Under the pieces are notes generated by a model. That model was not told the DNA's origin and did no database searches. It saw only the letters and a list, made by a program, of their open reading frames with translations. The position numbers and the translations under genes were made by a program. A DNA stretch of 33,099 nt from Thermoanaerobaculia bacterium (GTDB lineage Bacteria > Acidobacteriota > Thermoanaerobaculia > Multivoradales > JAIOJS01), in contig DASYUP010000440.1 in assembly GCA_036001185.1 (NCBI GenBank), positions 1 to 33,099 on the forward strand. Reading direction: 5' to 3'. Shown in pieces: positions 30,732 through 33,099 of this stretch. The first letter of the stretch is position 1; the number at the start of each line of letters is the position of its first letter.

Positions 30732-32372
30732 ATGATGGGGCGCCCGCACCGAGCTCGCCGCACCGCCGGGGCACTCGCCCCGCTCGTCGTCTCGATTTTT
30801 GCCCTGGCGATCGCCGCCCCGGCCAGCGCGCAGGTCTCCCAGCGCCTGCTCTGTGACCCCGGCATTCCCTGCCACGAGCTGGCCATCGACTTCAAGCTGC
30901 CCAGCGGTCGCAGCGCCTCCCTGTCGCTGCGCTTCGAGCGCGCCACCGGCCTCTCCACCGGCAGCTTCAAGGTCAGCGCCCAGGAGGTGCAGCCCGGGGA
31001 CGGTGCCCTCGCCGGCCGGTTGCCGGCGGGGGTGTTCGTCAACCCCCGCCTGCCGCTGCTCTTCACCATTGCCCCCAATCCCGGCGCCGGCACCAAGTTC
31101 CGCGGCATGTGGCGGCTCGAGCTGCGTACCGACGCCGTGGAGTTCGAGGGCGAGACCCCCACCGCCCGCCTCTTCCACGCCCGCGCCGGCGGCGGCTTCC
31201 GCGACGCCACCGAGGGCGTCGGGCAGGGCAGCTACCACGTGCGCAGCGTCGGCGGCGACTTCTCCGAGTTCCTGCTGGTCAACGACCTGCGGCCGCCGCG
31301 CCGCATCGCCCTCATCGCCTACCAGCAGCTCGAGGGCGACCTCGACGCCGCCATCGCCGCCAACCAGATCGACTCCACCTCCGCCGGCGTGGTGCGCGAC
31401 CGGTTGCAGCGCTCGCGCGCCGCCTTCGACAAGAACGATCGCCAGAGCGCCGTCACCCTGCTCGACGAGCTGGTCCAGGAAGTCATCGACCGCAGCGGCA
31501 CCGGCATCTTCGACCTCTACGACCCCAGCGTCGGCAAGATCAGCCAGGCGGGCGTGCTGCGCAGCAGCGCCGCCGGCGCGCGCGTCTCGGTCGAGCTCGC
31601 CTCGCGGCCGAAGAGCCAGGCCAAGGCGAGCCTCGTGCGCGCCCTCACCACCGCGCGCGGCCACCGCCTCGACCTCACCCTCGACTTCCCCAACGAGGTC
31701 GGCGACCTCTCCGGCGCGCTCGCCATCACCGCCAGCGACGTCGACCCCAACGACGCGGCGCTGCTGGCGCGGCTGCCGGCCGGCGCGCGCATCCCCGCCG
31801 CCTTCCCGGTGCTGCTGAAGATCGCGCCCACGGCGGCGGGCCGCTTCTCGTTCCGCGGCTTCTGGGAGCTGTCGCTGCACACCCGCGAGCTCGAGTTCCT
31901 CGCCAACAGCACCCTGCGCCTCTTCAAGTCGACCGGTGGCGGCGAGCTCGTCGACGTCACCGACACGCTGGGCATCGGCAGCTACCACGTGCGCGGGGTG
32001 GGCGGCGACTTCTCGGAGTTCATCATCGCCGCCGACCGGCGAGCGCTGCCGCAGGTCACCGAGGACAAGCTGTCCCGGCTGGAGGCGTTGCTCGCCGGCC
32101 TCGCGTCGCAGATCACTCCCGCCGTGCACGACGATCTCACCGGCCTGCTGGCCGCGGCGCGGGCGTCGATCCAGGAGCAGCACTTCAGCGCCGCCATCGC
32201 CACCCTCGACGACTTCCTTGCCACCGTCGACGGCGCCAGCGGCGTCGACGTGCCCGACCTCTTCCTGCAGGGCGATCGCGCGAGCGTCGCCGGCCAGCTC
32301 ATCGCCGGCGCCCGCAGCCTGCAGCTCAGCATCACGCTGCAACACAACAAGCACGTGGTGTTCGCGCCTTGA
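30732..32372 (+). CDS. Secreted protein made of two tandem ~250-aa homologous modules (546 aa)
   Basis: Internal ATG at 30732 (GAGAGG upstream). Signal peptide ...LVVSIFALAIAAPASA|Q. Module 1 covers about 30876-31601 and module 2 about 31629-32351. Shared strings include GRLPAGV/ARLPAGA, FRGMWRLELRT/FRGFWELSLHT and GSYHVRSVGGDFSEF/GSYHVRGVGGDFSEF. Each module ends in a helical segment. Confidence 0.7.
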   Translation: MMGRPHRARRTAGALAPLVVSIFALAIAAPASAQVSQRLLCDPGIPCHELAIDFKLPSGRSASLSLRFERATGLSTGSFKVSAQEVQPGDGALAGRLPAGVFVNPRLPLLFTIAPNPGAGTKFRGMWRLELRTDAVEFEGETPTARLFHARAGGGFRDATEGVGQGSYHVRSVGGDFSEFLLVNDLRPPRRIALIAYQQLEGDLDAAIAANQIDSTSAGVVRDRLQRSRAAFDKNDRQSAVTLLDELVQEVIDRSGTGIFDLYDPSVGKISQAGVLRSSAAGARVSVELASRPKSQAKASLVRALTTARGHRLDLTLDFPNEVGDLSGALAITASDVDPNDAALLARLPAGARIPAAFPVLLKIAPTAAGRFSFRGFWELSLHTRELEFLANSTLRLFKSTGGGELVDVTDTLGIGSYHVRGVGGDFSEFIIAADRRALPQVTEDKLSRLEALLAGLASQITPAVHDDLTGLLAAARASIQEQHFSAAIATLDDFLATVDGASGVDVPDLFLQGDRASVAGQLIAGARSLQLSITLQHNKHVVFAP

Positions 32373-33099
32373 CCGCCAGGGACGAGACGCCGCCCGAGCG
32401 AACCGCCGCCACCGCCGCCAAGCTCGACAGCCTGCCCACCATCGCCGGCCTCGACGGGCTGGCCAACCGCCTCGCCGAGGGCACCCTCATTGGTGGCCGC
32501 TATCGCATCGCCGGCCTGCTCGGCTTCGGCGGCATGGGCGCCGTGTATCGCGCTCACGACGAGCTGCTCGGCCTCGACGTCGCCTTGAAGGTGCTGCGCC
32601 AGGAGATCGCCGCCGACCACTCCTTCCTGCAGCGCTTCCACAACGAGCTGCTCACCGCCCGGCGGGTCACCCATCGCCACGTGGTGCGCATCCACGACCT
32701 CGGCGAGCACGGCGGCATGCCGTTCATGACCATGGACTTCATCCCCGGCCGCTCGCTGCGCCAGGTGCTGCTCGAGGAGGGCACGCTTGACGTGCCGCGC
32801 AGTCTCAAGATGGTGCGGCAGGTGGCGGAAGCGCTGTGCGAGGCCCACCGCCAGGGAGTCGTCCACCGCGACCTCAAACCGGGCAACATCCTGGTCGACG
32901 AGCAGGGCGAGGTCTACGTCACCGACTTCGGCGTCGCCCGCTCGCTGCACGCCCCCGGCCTCACCCGCACCGGCGAGGTGCTCGGCACGCCCGACTACCT
33001 GGCCCCCGAGCAGGCGCGCGGCGAGAAGGTCGACGGCCGCAGCGACCTCTACGCCGTGGGGCTGATCTGGTTCGAGATGCTCAGCGGCCAGCGGCCCTA
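32369..33099 (+). CDS. Hanks-type Ser/Thr protein kinase, N-terminal part (runs off the right edge)
   Basis: Not in the ORF track because there is no stop in the window. The frame from TTG 32369 gives ...GRYRIAGLLGFGGMGAVYRAHDELLGLDVALKVL... VVHRDLKPGNILV ... VTDFGVAR ... GTPDYLAPEQ ... SDLYAVGLIWFEMLSGQRP. The TTG overlaps the upstream stop (TTGA), so the start position is tentative. Confidence 0.9.
   Translation, partial: MTARDETPPERTAATAAKLDSLPTIAGLDGLANRLAEGTLIGGRYRIAGLLGFGGMGAVYRAHDELLGLDVALKVLRQEIAADHSFLQRFHNELLTARRVTHRHVVRIHDLGEHGGMPFMTMDFIPGRSLRQVLLEEGTLDVPRSLKMVRQVAEALCEAHRQGVVHRDLKPGNILVDEQGEVYVTDFGVARSLHAPGLTRTGEVLGTPDYLAPEQARGEKVDGRSDLYAVGLIWFEMLSGQRP

Noticed and set aside
28888-32372. 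N-terminal extensions of track ORFs (28888..30774 at 628 aa; 29601..32372 at 923 aa; 15258..17483; 16871..18067; 21453..22685; 9155..10849; 2579..3445; 22669..23544).
   Set aside because: The extensions are junk-like and overlap neighbouring real genes. Internal starts with SD sequences and signal peptides or canonical N-termini give proteins of normal length, so I trimmed to those.

Overview
This is a very GC-rich bacterial chromosomal segment. Third codon positions are almost uniformly G/C, so the six-frame track is full of long antisense and out-of-frame artefact ORFs. I support 29 protein-coding genes, two of them cut by the window edges and therefore missing from the ORF track. I also support one tRNA-Phe(GAA), two copies of a roughly 85-110 nt palindromic REP/MITE-like element, and a 15-bp tandem repeat. 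An ADOP-type MacB/FtsX permease at the left edge suggests Acidobacteriota (inference). Housekeeping genes: purH, a LolA-like carrier, a polyprenyl diphosphate synthase, kdsB, glutamine-dependent nadE, an M48 protease, a DUF62-type SAM hydrolase, an HPF/RaiA-cold-shock-domain fusion, a TusA-like protein and a YjbR-like protein. Envelope and accessory genes: two YfhO-like paralogues bracketing a degenerate S1-P1/PLC-like secreted protein; an exported cyclase plus alpha/beta hydrolase next to a putative beta-barrel; and an internally duplicated secreted protein translationally coupled to a Hanks-type kinase. The best candidate for an undescribed system is the minus-strand block at 13.3-21.8 kb. 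It encodes an exported TPR-CHAT (caspase-fold) lipoprotein, a small secreted protein, an ECF sigma factor, a zf-HC2 anti-sigma factor and three secreted proteins, one of them permuted-papain-like. An identical TGTTG-N15-CGTCGCCT motif sits in front of two of its transcription units. All family names come from my own reading of motifs; no database search was run.
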